Shown here: piece by piece, positions 25,311 through 39,896 of the stretch
How positions within the stretch are numbered: position 1 is the stretch's first letter
Layout of the letters: each line of letters starts with the position of its first letter
NCBI RefSeq assembly: GCF_009914755.1
Contig: NC_060935.1
Reading direction: 5' to 3' (one strand)
Source: the human T2T-CHM13v2.0 reference genome, Homo sapiens
DNA: 64,000 bases
The notes under the pieces: model-generated
Database searches by the model: none
Told to the model about the DNA's origin: nothing
What the model saw: the letters and a program-made list of their open reading frames with translations, nothing else
Position numbers and translations under genes: made by a program

Positions 25311-27226
25311 CACAAGAGGACTTTTAAATTAATATTCACTGTGAGAACCTGGAGGCAAAACTCACAAAAGTGTGTGTGCATGGTTCACTCCATGACTGGC
25401 TGCCCCTGAAGTTTTTAACTCTGAGACATGTCCACACTGAGCCTCTGGCAATTTGTTAATTACAATTTAGGTTTTCCTACTCCAATACCTTCCACAAAGG
25501 TTTCTGATTGTGGGTTTCTGCTCTGGTAAGTTGTGATTCTCTGTGTTAACCTGTCTGTCTCTCCAATTTTGGGGATGGTAGTTTGCCCTGTGACCTTACT
25601 TCTCCAATGGATCTAAGAAGAGTTGTTAATTTTCAGGTTTTTTTTTTTTTTTCCCAGCTTTTAAAACTTGTTAGAATAGTGATTTCTAAGCTCCTTACAT
25701 GCTGGACTGGAAATTAGAAGTTGGCTTGGCTTTTGCCATCAGCATAATTCTCTGGTGATTCATCTAGATTGTTGTGTGTATCAATAGTTTGTTTCTTTTC
25801 ATTTCTGAGTAGTATTCTATAGTATAGATGTGCCACATTTTTTAAATCATTCACCCACTGAAGGATGTTTCAAGTTTTTGGCTTTAATTTTAAAAAAGGT
25901 GAAATAAATATTCATTTATAGGTTTTTGTATAAAAATATTTTCATTTATCTGGGATAAATGCCTAGGAGTTGCATGTTAAGTTTTATAAGATACTCCTAA
26001 ACTTCTCCAGAGTGGTTATACCATTTTATATTCCTACCAACAATGAGTGATCTTGTTTCTCCACATTCTTGCCAGCATTTAGTATTGTTGTTATTTTTCA
26101 TTTTAGCCATATTGGTACATGCATAGGGATATCTCATGGTTTTAATTTGCATTTCTCTAATGGTTAATGATGTGAACATCTTTTCATGTGCTCATTTTTT
26201 ATTTTATGTCTTCTTGGATAAAATGTCTCCATGCTTTTTGCCCACTCTCTAGTTGGATTGTTGATTTATTTTTGTTTTGAGCATTCTTTATGTATTCTAG
26301 AGGATAGTCTTTTGTTGGAAATTTGTTTGCAAATACTTTCTCCTAGTCTGTAGACCTCTTGATAGAGTCTTCTGCAGAGCAAAAGTTTTTGATTTTGAAG
26401 AAGTCCCACTTATCATTTGTCCCTTTTGAAACTGTGATTTTGGTATCACCCAGGAACTCTTTGCCTAGTTCTGGATCATAAAGATTTTCTCGTTTAAAAA
26501 ACAGTTTTATAGTTTTATGCTTTATGTTTAAGTCCATGATCCATTTTGAGTGAATTTTTTCTTTTTATAAGATGTGAGACTTGGATTGAGGTCCATTTTA
26601 TTGCCTCTGAGTATCCAATGGTTCCAGTGCCATTTGTTGAAAAGGCTATCTATCCTTCATAAATTGCTTTTACCCTTTTATTAATAACCAGTTTGGCATA
26701 TTTATATACGTTTGTTTCTGGATGTTTCTGTTATGTTTCATCGATTTGTGTATTTTTCCCTTTGCCAATACCACACAGTACTTATTATGGTAGCTACATA
26801 GTAAGTCTTAAAATTGGGTAGATGATTTCCTCTTAGAATTATTCTTCTGTTAAAAAATTTCTTTAGCTATTCTAGTTCCTTTGGCTTTTCTTATAAATTT
26901 TAAAATAATTTTCTATATATCTACAAAAATCCTTGATAGCATTTTAATAAGGATATGTTAGATCTGTATATAAATTTGAGGAGAATCTTCTCCTCATGTT
27001 GAATCTTCTAATCCATAGCAAGATATTTATTGCCGTTTATCTAGGTATTTTTTCTTTCATTAGCATTTTGTAGATTTTAGCATAGAAGTTCTACACGTGT
27101 TACATTTATACCCAAGTACTTAATTCTTTTTTAGCTATTGTAAGCAATATTGTATTTTTACTTTTAGTATCTATACATTCATTGCTCATGTATAGAAATA
27201 TAATTAACTCTTAAAATATTTGTCTT

Positions 27227-27531
27227 GGCTGGGTGCAGTGGCCAATGCCTGTAATCCCAGCACTTTGGGAGGACAAGGTAGGAGGATTACTTGAACCCAG
27301 GAGTTAGAGACCAGCCTGAGCAAGATGATGAGACCCTGTTTCTACAAAAAAAATTTAAAAATTGCCTGGGTATGGTGGTGTGCGCCTGTATTCCCAGATA
27401 CTTGGGAGGCTGAGGTGTGAGCATCACTTGAGCTCAGGAATTTGAGGCTGCAGTCAGCCATGATTACACCACTGTGCTTCAACCTGGGTAACAGAGAGAG
27501 ACCCTGTCTCAAAAAAAAGAAAGAAAAAAAA
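27227..27531 (+). mobile_element. AluJ
   Basis: ggctgggtgcagtgg...tttgaggctgcagtcagccatgat...poly-A. Confidence 0.9.
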
Positions 27532-28437
27532 GTCTTGTATCTCACAAGCTTGCTGAACTCATTCGTTAATTCTGGAAGTTTTTTTTTTGGAAAAAATAGG
27601 TTAGTTGGAATTTTCAACATATATAATAATGTCATCTACAAATAGAGACAATTTCATTTGGATCTATATGCCTTTTATTTCTCTTTCTTTCCTTCACACT
27701 GGCTGGAACCTTCAGCACTATACTGAGTGCTCAGTGAGAGTAGGCAATTCTTATCTTGTTCCTGGACTTGACGAAGGGCGGGTAGATAGCATTAATTCTT
27801 CACCATTAAGTATAATGTTAGCTGTAGGCTTTTTGTAGATACTCGTTGACAGACTGAGGAAGATTACCTCTATTTCTAGTGTTGAATTTTGTCAAATGCT
27901 TTTTCCTTGTTGGTTAATATTATGATTATGAATACTTTCTTCTTTAGCCTGTTAATATGGTGGATGACCTTGACTGTGAATTGAATCGGCCTTGCATATC
28001 TGGAATAAACCCTAGTTGGTCCTGTGTTCAGTTCTTTTATGTATTGCTGAATTCTGTTTGATTATATTTGGTTAAGGATATTGGCATTTATATTCATGAG
28101 GAATATTGGTGTGTAGTTTTCTTTTTTTCTGTACCATCTTTACCTGGTTTTGGTATCAGTGTAATGCTAACTTCTTTAAATGAATTGGCAAGTGTTTTCT
28201 ACTTTTATGTTGTTTGTAAGAGATAGTATAGAATTGTGTTAATTTTTTCTTTACATGTTTGGTAGAATGCTCTAGTGAAACCATCTGGGCCTGGAGATTT
28301 CTCTTTTGGAATTTTAAAGTTACAAATTTAATTTTGTTAATAGTTATAGGACTATTCAAATTACTAATTTCATATTGGGTGAGTTATGAGTTTGTGTCTT
28401 TCAAAAAATTGATTTCTTTCTTCTAAGTTAAATTTAT

Positions 28438-28818
<381 letters not shown>

Positions 28819-29639
28819 TTATATTATTAATTTGTATTTTCTTTCCTTTTTCTTTTTCAGTCTTCTTAAAGATTCGTCAATTTCATTGATCTTTTCAAAT
28901 AAGCTCTTTTTTGTTTTATTAATTTTTTATCTTTTTTTGTTTTTGATTTCATTAATTTCTGCTCTTCCCTTTATTATTTCCTTCCTTCCACTTGCTTTGG
29001 GTTTATTTTGCTCTTTTTTTCACTGGGCTTTTTTGAGGTGGGAGCTTAGATTATTGATTCAAGACTTTTTCTTTTCTAATGTATCATTTAGTTCTACAAA
29101 TTTTCCTCAAAGCCCTGCTTTGAGTCCCCCAAATTTTGATATGTCGCATTTTCATTCAGTTCAATGTCTTTTAAAATATTTCCTGAGACTTCCTCTTTGA
29201 CCTCTAGATTATTTAGAAATGAATTGTGTATTCTTCTATTATTTTTCTGGTGTTGGTTTCTAGTTTTCTAGTTTGATTTTTATTGTAGTTGGAGAATAGA
29301 GTCTGTATGATTTAAATTAAAAACAATTTGTCAAGATTTGTTTTCCCAGGATATGATTTATCTTGATGTATGTTCTGTCAGCACTTGAAAAGAATGTACA
29401 TTCTGCTTTTGTTGGGTGGAGCGTCTTATAAATAAATGACAATTAGGCCTCATTTGGTTATGGTGGTGTTGAATTATTTTATGTTTTTGCTGACTTTCTG
29501 TCTAGTTTTTCTATTAGTTGTTGAGAGAGGGTGTTAAAGTCCCCAACTGTAATTGTGAATTTGTTTATTTCTCCCTTCAGTTCTGTCAGTTTTTTCTTCA
29601 CATATTTTGCAGCTCTGTTGTTTGGTGCACACACATTTA

Positions 29640-29942
29640 TTCATTTATTTATTTCTAGAGACACTGTGGTCTCACTCTGTTGCCCAGCCTGGAGTACAGT
29701 GGTGCAATCATAGCTCACTGCAGCCTTGAACTCCTGGGCTCAAGTGGTCTTCCCACCTCAGCCTCTTGAGTAGCTGGGACTACAGGCGTGTGCCACCATG
29801 CCCAGCTAATTCTTAAACTTTTTGTAGAGACAAGGTCTTGGTATGTTGCCCAGGCTGGTCTTGAATTCCTGAGTTTGAGCCATCTTCCAGCCTCAGACTC
29901 CCATAATGTTGGGATTACAGGTGTGAGCCACCACACCTGGCC
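29640..29942 (-). mobile_element. AluJ
   Basis: Reverse dimer; TSD TGCACACACATTTA/TGCATACACATTTA. Confidence 0.9.
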
Positions 29943-31812
29943 TGCATACACATTTAGAACTACTATGTCTATTAGTTAATTAACTCTTTTATTATTATAT
30001 AATGTCCCTCTCTGTCTCTGGTAATTTTCTTTGCTCTGAAATTGACTTTATTTGATATTAATGTAACCAGCTATGCTTTCTTTGATTATTATTTGCGTGA
30101 TACATATTTTTTTTCATTTTTCTACTTTAAATCTGCCTATATTGTTATATTTGAAGTATGTTGTAAAGAACATATAGTTGGGCCATGTTTTAAATCCACT
30201 TTGCCAATATGTCTTTTAATTGGTATATTTAGACCATTTACATTTAATGTAATTATTGATATATTCAGGCTTAAATCAGCCATTTTATTTTTTGTTTTTT
30301 TCCCTCTGTTTTTAGTCTCTCTGTTTTCTTTTATCTGCCTTCTTGTGGGTTACCTGAACATTTTTTTCTAGAATTCCATTTTGATATATCTATAGTAGTA
30401 TGAATATAATTCTTTATATAGCATTCTTAGTGGTTGCTCGGGGTATTATATCGTGTGCATATACACATAATATAGTAATATATAAATAACTTATAAGAGT
30501 CTAATGATGTCATCATTTTATCAGTCTAAGTGTCATGTAGAAATCTCCTTTTATATCCCTTAGCCCCTCCTCATTTATATTATATTTGTATTAAATTTTT
30601 CTTACATACATTTAGAATCATATCAGACAGTGTTAGAATTTTTGCTTCATCTGTCAAACATTATTTACATATGGAGAAATATATTATAGTTACCCCTATT
30701 TTTATTCTTTTCATTGTTTTTCCATGTTGATGTTACAAGATTCCTTCTTTTGTCATTTCCTTTCTGCCAGGAGAACTTCCTTTAGCCACTCTTTTATGGT
30801 AGGCCTGTTGGTGACAAGGCATGTTAGTTTTCATCTGAGATGTATTCATTTTCCCTTCATTTCAGAAGGATATTTTTGTTGGATATAGATTTTTGTTTGA
30901 CAATCATTTTCTTTCAGCACTTGAAAAATGTTATGCCATTTCCTCATGGCCTTCTTGGTATCTGGTGAGAAATACACCATCATTCAAATCGTTTTTCTTC
31001 TCTACATAAAGTGTCATTTTTCTCTTGTGGGTTATTTTCTTTGTTTTAGTTTTCAGAAGTTTTTTTCTAATGTGTTTGGTGTGGATTGCTTTGTGTTTAT
31101 CCTTTTGAGTTTCTTCAGGTTCTTGAATCTGCATGTTGCTGTCTTTTGCTAAATTTGAACATTTTTAGCCACTATTCCTTCAAGTTTTTTTTCAGCCCTG
31201 TCCTCTTTCTCCTCTCCTTTCAGGACTCTGATGATATGAATGTCAGATTTTTTTTGGTGTATGTTACAAATCGACATGTCCTTAAGCCTCTGTCCATTTT
31301 TTTCAGTCTATTTTTCTCTCTGTTGTTAGTACTATTTTTTTTTTGTTCTATCTTAAGGTTCACTGATTCTTTTCTCTGTCCCCTCTATTATGCTGTTGAA
31401 TCCATCAAGTGAGTTATTGTATTTTTCTGTTCTAAAATTTCCATTTGGCTCTTTATCTTCTAGAAATTTCCATTTGGCTCTATATCTTCTAGAAAGATAT
31501 AGAAATGTATTCTATTTCTTTCCTTTAACCTACTATTTCTTTACTTACACTTTCCTTTCTTTTTTTATTTGTCCGAAGCCTGCTCATGAATTGTTCATTA
31601 AAGTACTTTTATGATGGCTGTTTTAAAACCTTTGTCAGACAATTCTAACATCTTTTTTATGTTGGTATTGGTCTACAGAGTGTCTTTTTCATTCAACTCA
31701 TTTTCCAATTTCTTGCATGATGAGTGATTTTTAATTGAAACTTGTACCTTTTGAATATTATATTTTGAGACTGAGTGTTATTTAAATCTTCTATTTCAGC
31801 TTTTCTCCCCCT

Positions 31813-34198
31813 TGATATGGTTTGGCTGTGTGTCCTCACCCAAATCTCCTGTGGAATTGTAATTCTCAGTGTTGGGGGAGGGGTCTGGTGGGAGGTGATT
31901 TGTTCATGGAGGCTGTTTCCCCTTTGCTGTTATCATAGTGAGTGAGTTCTCATGAGACCTGGTTGTTTGAAAGTGGGTAGCACTTCCCTCTTCGCTTTCT
32001 TTCTATTCTGCCACTATGTGAAGACCTATTTGCTTCCCTTTCACCCTTCTGCCATAATTGTAAGTTTTTTGAGGCCTCCCCTGCCCTGTCTCCTGTACAG
32101 CCTGTGAAACTGTGAGTCAATTAAACCTCTTTTCTTCATAAATTACCCAGTCTCAGGTAGTTCTTTATAGCAGTGTGAGAATGGACTAATACAGAAAATT
32201 GGTACCAGAGAAGAAGGGCATTGCTAGAAAGACACCTGAAAATGTGGAGGCAACTTTGGAACTGGGTAACAGGCAGAAGTTGGAATAGTTTGGAGGGTTC
32301 AGAAGAAGACAGGAATATGAGGGAAAGTTTGGAACTTCCTAGAGACTTGTTGAATGGTTTTGACCAAAATGCTGATTAGTGATATGGACAATGAAGTCCA
32401 GGCTGAGGTGGTCTTAGGTGGAGATGAGGATCTTACAGGGAACTGGAGCAAAGGTCACTCTTTATATGCTTTAGCAAAGAGACTGGTGGCATTCTGCCCC
32501 TGCTCTAGGGATATGTGGAACTTTGAACTTGAGAGAGATGATTTAGGGTATCTGGTAGTAGAAATTTCTAAGCAGCAAGGCATTCGAGATATGGCCTGGT
32601 TTCTTCTAAAAGCCTATGCTAATTTGCATAAGCAAAGAGAACTTACATTTAAAAGGGAAAAAGAGCATAAAAGTTTGGAAAATTTGCAGCCTGACCATGT
32701 AGTAGAAAAGAGAAACCCATTTTCTGGGGAGGAATTCAAGGCAGCAGAAATTTGTATAAGTAAAGAAGAGCTGAATGTCAATAGCCAAGACAATGAGGAG
32801 AATGCCTCCAGGGCATTTCAGAGGCCTTCATAGCAGCCCCTCTCATCACAGGCCTGGAGGCCTAAGAGGGAAACATGGTTTTGTGGGCCAAGCCCAGGGC
32901 TCCACTGCTCTGTGCAGCCTCAGGTCATGACATCCTGTGTCCCAGCTGCTCCAGCTCTAGCTGTGGCTAATAGAGGCCAAGGAACAGCTCAGGCCATTGC
33001 TTCAGAGGGTGCAAGCCCTACACCTTAGCAACTTCCACGTGGTGTTGGGCCTGCAGGTGCACAGAAGGCAAGAGTTGAGGTTTGGGAGCCTCTGCTAGAT
33101 TTCAGAGGATGTATAGAAATGGCTGGATGTCTAGGCAGATGTCTGCTGCAGGGGTGGAGCCCTCATGAAGAACCTCTACTAGGGCAGTGCAGAGGGGAAA
33201 TGTAGGGTTGGAGCCCCCACATAGAGTACCCACTGGGGCACTGCATGGTGGAGCTGTGAGAAGAGGGCTACTATCTTCCAGACTCCAGAATGGTAGATCC
33301 ACTGAGAGCTTGCACTGTGTGCCTGGAAAAGCTTCAGGTACTCAATGTCAACCCATGAAAACAGCCATGGGAGCTGTACCCTACAGAGCCAGAGGTGCAG
33401 AGCTGCCCAGGGCCTTGGGAGCCCACCCCTTGTGTCAGTGTGGACTGGATGTGAGACATGGAGTCAAAGGAGATTATTTTGGAGCTTCAAGATTTAATGA
33501 CTGCCCTATGGTTTTTGGACTTGCATGGAGCCCGTAGCCTCTTTGTTTTGGCCAATTTCACCCTTTTGGAATGGGAGCATTTACCCAATGCCTGTACTCC
33601 CTTTGTATCTTGGAAATAGCTAACTTGTTTTTGATTTTACAGGCTCATAGGTGGAAGGGACTTGCCTTGTCTCAGATGAGACTTTGGACTTGGACTTTTG
33701 AGTTAATGCTGAAATGAGCTAAGACTTGGGGGATTGTTGGGAAGGCATGAGTGTATTTTGAAATGTGAGAAGGACATGAGATTTGGGAGGGGCCAGGGTG
33801 AAATGATCTGATTTGGCTCTGTGTCCCCACCCAAATATCATGTTGAACTGTTATCCTCAATGTTTGGGGAGGGGCCTTGTAGGAGGTGATTCGTTCATGG
33901 GGCTGTTTCCGCCTTGCTGTTCTCATGATAGTGAGTGAGTTCTCATGATAGTGAGTGAGTTCTCATGTGATCTGGTTGTTTGAAGGTGTGTAGCACTTCC
34001 GTTTTCATTTTTTCTCATGCCACCATGAGAAGACATGCTTACTTCCCCTTCGCCCTTCTGCCATGATCATAAGTTTCCCAAGGCCTATCCAGCTATGCCT
34101 CCTGTACAGCCTGTGGAACTGTGAGTCAATGAAACCTCTTCTCTTCATAAATTACCTAGTCTCAGGTAGTTCTCTATAGCAGTGTGAGAACTAATACG
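31813..34198 (+). mobile_element. Full-length MST (MSTA-like) MaLR element: LTR 31813-32193, internal 32194-33803, LTR 33804-34198
   Basis: Two direct ~380-395 bp LTRs (tgatatggtttgg...ctaataca); internal region begins gaaaattggtacc and ends in a purine-rich tract before LTR2; internal ORFs 32354-32833 and 33187-33537. Confidence 0.92.
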
Positions 34199-34298
34199 CT
34201 TCTTAAACACCATTCCAGCAGAAGGGCACTTACTTATTGCCATGTGGAAGCAGAAGCCTTGGCTGCCCACTTGACCTCTCAGGACACCTGAGAGAGGG

Positions 34299-34676
34299 TG
34301 ATATGGTTTGGCTGTGTCCCCACCCAAAAATCTCATCTTGAATTATAATCCTCATAACCCCCACATGTCACAGGCAGGACCAAGTGGAGGTAATTGGATC
34401 ATGGGGGCGGGTTCCCCTATGCTTTTCTCATGATAGTGAGTGAGTCTCATGAGATCTGATGGTTTTGTAAGCACCTGGCATTTCCCCTGCTTGCACTCCC
34501 TCTGTCCCGCCACCCTGTGAAGAAGGTGCCTGCTTCTCCTTTGCCTTCTGCCATGATTGTAAGTTTCCTGGGGCCTCCCCAGCAATGCAGAACTGTGAGT
34601 GAATTAAGCCTCTTTCCTTTATAAATTACCCAGTCTCAGATATTTCTTCATAGCAGTCTGAGAATGGACTAATCCA
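34299..34676 (+). mobile_element. THE1 (THE1D-like) solo LTR
   Basis: tgatatggtttggctgtgtccccaccc...gactaatcca; perfect 5-bp TSD GAGGG. Confidence 0.9.
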
Positions 34677-36862
34677 GAGGGATCCTCATTATGGCTGAGT
34701 GGGGGTGGGATTTCCAGCTCCTCACTAGGCCTCCACCGATACCTTTTATCTGGGAGGGGTAGGAGTGCCTGTTGCTGCTTTCCATGTTTCCTGCTGTGAC
34801 ATAAACTCTGCACAGTGGGGGAGGGGTATCTCATTGTTGCTACATGCATGTGAATTCTAGGTCCCTTTTTGTCTCCACCTACACTCTGAGGGAGGTTATC
34901 TTGTAACCATCCAATGAGAATAAAAGTCCCAGTTTCTTTCTTGGCCTTCTGTGACTGCACCCTGCAGGGGTCTTGGTGGTGCCTGATATCAGCCTGGTGA
35001 GGATGGTGAAGAGTAGCTCCCCTCTGGCCTTTGCTGGTGTGGGTGTGAGTGGAGTTACAGTTTTTTCTGGGATGTTTGGCTGGAGTAGAGGAGTTATTTT
35101 CTAAAAGTGTTTGGTCTTGCTAGGCTGTTCCTTTCCTTGGGCTAGAGAGAGCAGGCCTTTGCTGGGGGGCTTGCCTGTCTTATTTTCTCTTGGCTGTATT
35201 CTTCAGTTCCAACTGTGGTATAGTTGAGGCAAAAAGAAAGCCCAGATTGCTCATCACTGTTGTCCTTGAGTCCCAAGATTCCTAGCTGATTTGCCTTTTT
35301 CTCTCCAGCTTTCAGAGTTCTCTTATGTTTATATTATATAGAGTATTCAGGGCTTTTAGTTGTACTTAGTGGGAGGAATAGGAAGAAGTATGACTACCAT
35401 ATCTTCCATAAAGCGGAAATTCAGCACTCCTTTTGAAACCTCACGAAAATTACTGCAATGATCTAAATTAGGGCTTGGAATCCTGGGGGAAGGGAAGCTT
35501 TATAATTTTTTTAATTTAATTTTTTTTCCCAAGACTGTCATAAAGCAGCATAATTATTTTATACTTTATTAAGTGCACATGTATTTAACACTGAATATTA
35601 AGATTTAATAGCCAGGAACGATGCAGGCTGCTTTACCAATGTCATCTTATTGCATCCTCACAGTCAGCCTCTAGGGCATTGCTATTACCCTGAGTTTACA
35701 GATCAGGAAACTGGGTCTTGGTAAGAAGGTTACCAAGGGTTCCATGCATGGTGAGGGCAGGGCTGGGCTCTGAATCTGCCCCTGATTCAAAGCCCAAGAT
35801 TCTCATCACTGTGTTTTCTGTTGGGAGGCCTGGCCGGCTGCTGGCTCACTGATGGGTTGTTAACTGAAGGAGTTACGTGGTTTTGCCAGAATCTTCCTTG
35901 CTGTGATCCTTGGCACCTGTCAGGATGCCACTGTCCCAGGAAGACACTTGGACATGATTCTTAGAGGGTCAGGTTGTGCCCAGGATCTGAGGGCCATCTC
36001 TACCCTGTTTCCAGTCTCCAAACCCAAACAAGTCATTTTCTGTGGATGAGGTCTGTCTTATCTGTCTGCCTCACAGGAAATTAGACTTGTTTTGACCAGG
36101 CCACTCAAATCTGTACTTGACTTAGTTTGTATCCCCGAGTTTCTGAAAAGTTTCTAGAAAAGAAAAATCTTCCTTCATGTAAGGAGCTCTCTGGCTGTGC
36201 CCATGAATGTCTGTAAAAGGAGGAGTTTCCCTTGCAGGGTTTTCAGCTCAGGAGGCCTGGTTTAAAAACAAACATCACGCATTTGTCTTGGATCTTGACC
36301 AGCTCCACCAATCTGATACTGACTTTAAAGTGCAGTCGTGACTGCAAAGCATGTGGTAAAGACGAAAAAGGAAAACCCTTCCTACTTCACATCTCTGTGC
36401 CTGCTGGGGCTAAGAGCCCCCTTGCACACTGTTGCCTGTGTGAGGCCTGCTCCTTCTGGGGGAGCGGCTTGTGCTGGGGGGAGCCAAGGGCCCGATTGTT
36501 CTCCTTGGGCCACGCCTGGGGCTTATACTAGTGCTGCAGACATGAAATGCAGATTGTATAAGTCCCTGGGAAATTTAGCTGTATGTGAACAGACATGGGA
36601 GTTCTCTCTGATTCCTACCCCTGTGTTTTAGAATCTGGGATGAACTTACAGGCAGAAAGAATTGTGTTGAACTTGAGGAGATGAAGAAAAAGGGCTTCGG
36701 ATTAGAGACATGCTAGTTCAACCTCAGCTTCTCCAGTTGTAATTTTGGGTCACCTGGAGGGTTCTTTAACCTTTTCAGCTTCCTCAGCTTTGAAGTGAGG
36801 ATAGCAATAATTGACTGCAGAGGAAATGCTTGGTACATAGTAAGTGCTCAATACGCAGCTTC

Positions 36863-37718
36863 TGTGTTAGTCAGGGTTCTCTAGAAAAATAGAACCCATA
36901 GGAGACAGCTATTCCTAGATATCTACAGATATAGCTATTTACGGATAGATGTATATATATAGGATATCTATAGATAAATATAGGAGATATCTATCTATCC
37001 ATATCCTATATATATCTATCTATAGATCCATATCCTATGTATATCTATCTACCTATAGATATACATAGGATATATATATCTATCCTATATATCTACCTAT
37101 CCATGAAAAATATCTATCTATCCATCTATCTATCTATCTATCGTCTATCGCTATCTGTCTATAGATATAGCTACAAGAGCTAAAGTAGCTATATCTATAG
37201 ATAGATAGACAGCTATAGCCATAACATATTATGGCTGTATCTAGCCATAAATAGGTATATCTATAGATAAATTGATATCCTATCTATCTATCATCTATCT
37301 ATTTATCTATCTATCTATCTATCTATCCATAGCTATATCTATAGATATTGATTTCTATATTTGTCTCTATATATGCAAGCTGGAGACCCAGAGATGCAGG
37401 TGTGCAATTCTGTCTGAATTGGAAGGCCTGAGAAGCAGAGGAGATGATGTTCAAAGACAGGAGAAGAGGGATAACCGAACTCGAGAGAGAGAAAAGTTGG
37501 CCTTCCTCAGCCTTTTTGTTCTTTTTGGTCCCACAATGGATGGATTGAATGCCACCTGCCCACACTGGTGAGGGCGTATCCTCTTTACCCAGTCTGCTGC
37601 TTCAATTGCTAATTTTTTTTCAGAAACACCCTCACAGACACACCCAGAAATAATGTGTCACCAGCTATCTGGGTTTACCTTGGCCCAGTCATGGTGACAC
37701 ATCACATGAACCACCACA
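36863..37718 (-). mobile_element. MLT2 (ERVL) solo LTR with expanded internal microsatellite
   Basis: tgtgttagtcagggttctctaga ... cagaaacaccctcacagacacacccagaaataatg ... aaccaccaca; TSD GCTTC/GCCTC. Confidence 0.85.
36905..37375. repeat. Complex (TA)/(TATC)/(GATA) microsatellite
   Basis: Directly visible low-complexity tract. Confidence 0.9.
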
Positions 37719-39419
37719 GCCTCTGCGCTAGATCACTTTGAGTGCATACAACTCATGGCAGGATCAAAATGCAGTTTCATATTTCTTGTGTCTCATTGTC
37801 CCTTTAAAATTATTCAGTGGGTGCAATATTGCCTGCCCACCCTAGAAGGAAACATGAGGTACATCCTGTCAACACTTTAAGTCCCTAATCTCAGTTCAGA
37901 AATGGCAATGTCCAGTGCAAGATACTAATAAACATTTGGAACTAGATTTAATATTCAGTCTTCCCGATTGGCTTTAGGCAAGAGCCACAGTGCAGTCTTC
38001 TGAGGAATGCCTGGAAGCCCCTTCTCACCAGACTTGGGGTAAGAAGGTAACCCCACATGGGAGAGGGGTGAGATCGCAGCTCATCCACGGCTCTCTCCAC
38101 AGAAATCCTGAACCCTTCCCCACAACTCTCTGTCGACTTCCTGTATTACTGATCTGCCCAAATGTTCCAGGGTGGTGCAGTTTGTTCTGAAACATTCACT
38201 GTTTGAGGTCCCCACACTGGGACTGGTCTCATGCTCACAGTGGTCCCAATTTTTATTTTGTAGGCTCTTCTGCTGAAACTTTTATTTTGGTATCTTTTTA
38301 TACATTTAATAGGCCCAGCATTTCAATTCTTTTAAAATTGTAGTTACACTCCCCCTCCCTGTCAAGTCCTCGTTGATTTCTTCCCTCTCTGCCCTCCTGA
38401 CAAATGGCCAGGGTGTGGTTACCCCATAGCCCCTCTCTGAGGCTTACCTTGTTCCCTAAAACTTTGGAGAACTGGCCTCAAGGGATTCTGGAGTTTGTGG
38501 AGTTCTCTGTGCTGAACTCCAGACTCAGCAGGGGGTGTCACAGGTGGACGCTCAGTTTAGAGAGGACGTCACCAGAGCCTCAGCACAGAGGATGGCTGGA
38601 TATCCGGTGTCTGGTCCAGGTCGGAAATAGGGAAGGCTGCACTTGGGAGGTCAGAAGGGGTAACATTGGAGAAGGCTCTTCTCCAGGCAGCTGGTTCCCT
38701 GGGCTTCCCCAAATGGCCTGGAGTTTTTGGGCTAATTTTCTGTCCCCACCTTGTGCCTGGGGAAGAACCTCAGTAGGGACTGTGAGGGGAGAAGAGGGCA
38801 GGTGGGTAGGAAGGAGAAGTTGGGCATGGAGCTCTTTTTCCAGACTGCCCACAGAAGCAGATGAATGGGCCCCTGGCTGGTTCCCATTGCCCCCGGCTCA
38901 GGATGTCTGGTCGTGAAAGTTGGCTGTAGCCTGAGCTCTGAGCTGGCCTGCGGAGGAGCCCTGCCCATCCTTCCCTATCTGGGTTGATGCCTGTGTGCTG
39001 GCTCAAACAGAGCTCACACCTAGTTCTCATGCTGGGGCTCAGGCCAAGTGGCCTCACTTCCCCTTCAGCCTCTTCATGGCTCCAGCTGATGATTTATGGC
39101 TGCCCATTGACTATTAAAATGGCTCAGCTCTCAGGAACATCTGCTGTGTGGTAGAGCAAGCTGTGTTGTTTGCAGGGACATATGGGCAGGCTCTTCTGGG
39201 GACAGATTAGGCTCATGGAGGGACAGATTCCTGGACTTTTGCTGCCTGGGGAAAGCCAGGCTCCCTACTAACTCAGGAGAGGGCAGACAGACCTTCTCCT
39301 TCCCTTCAGCCATTGCCCTACTGTGTGCAGGTTCCTGGGGCTCTTTCTGCTTGGCCCTCTCACCCCCAGCACCTGCCATCCTATTCCAGTTCTCATGGAG
39401 GGAGGGAGGGAGTCCAGAT

Positions 39420-39896
<477 letters not shown>

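Noticed and set aside
38404-38916. 170-aa ORF
   Set aside because: Trp/Gly-rich, no domain, no clear splice or promoter context; partly L2-like sequence
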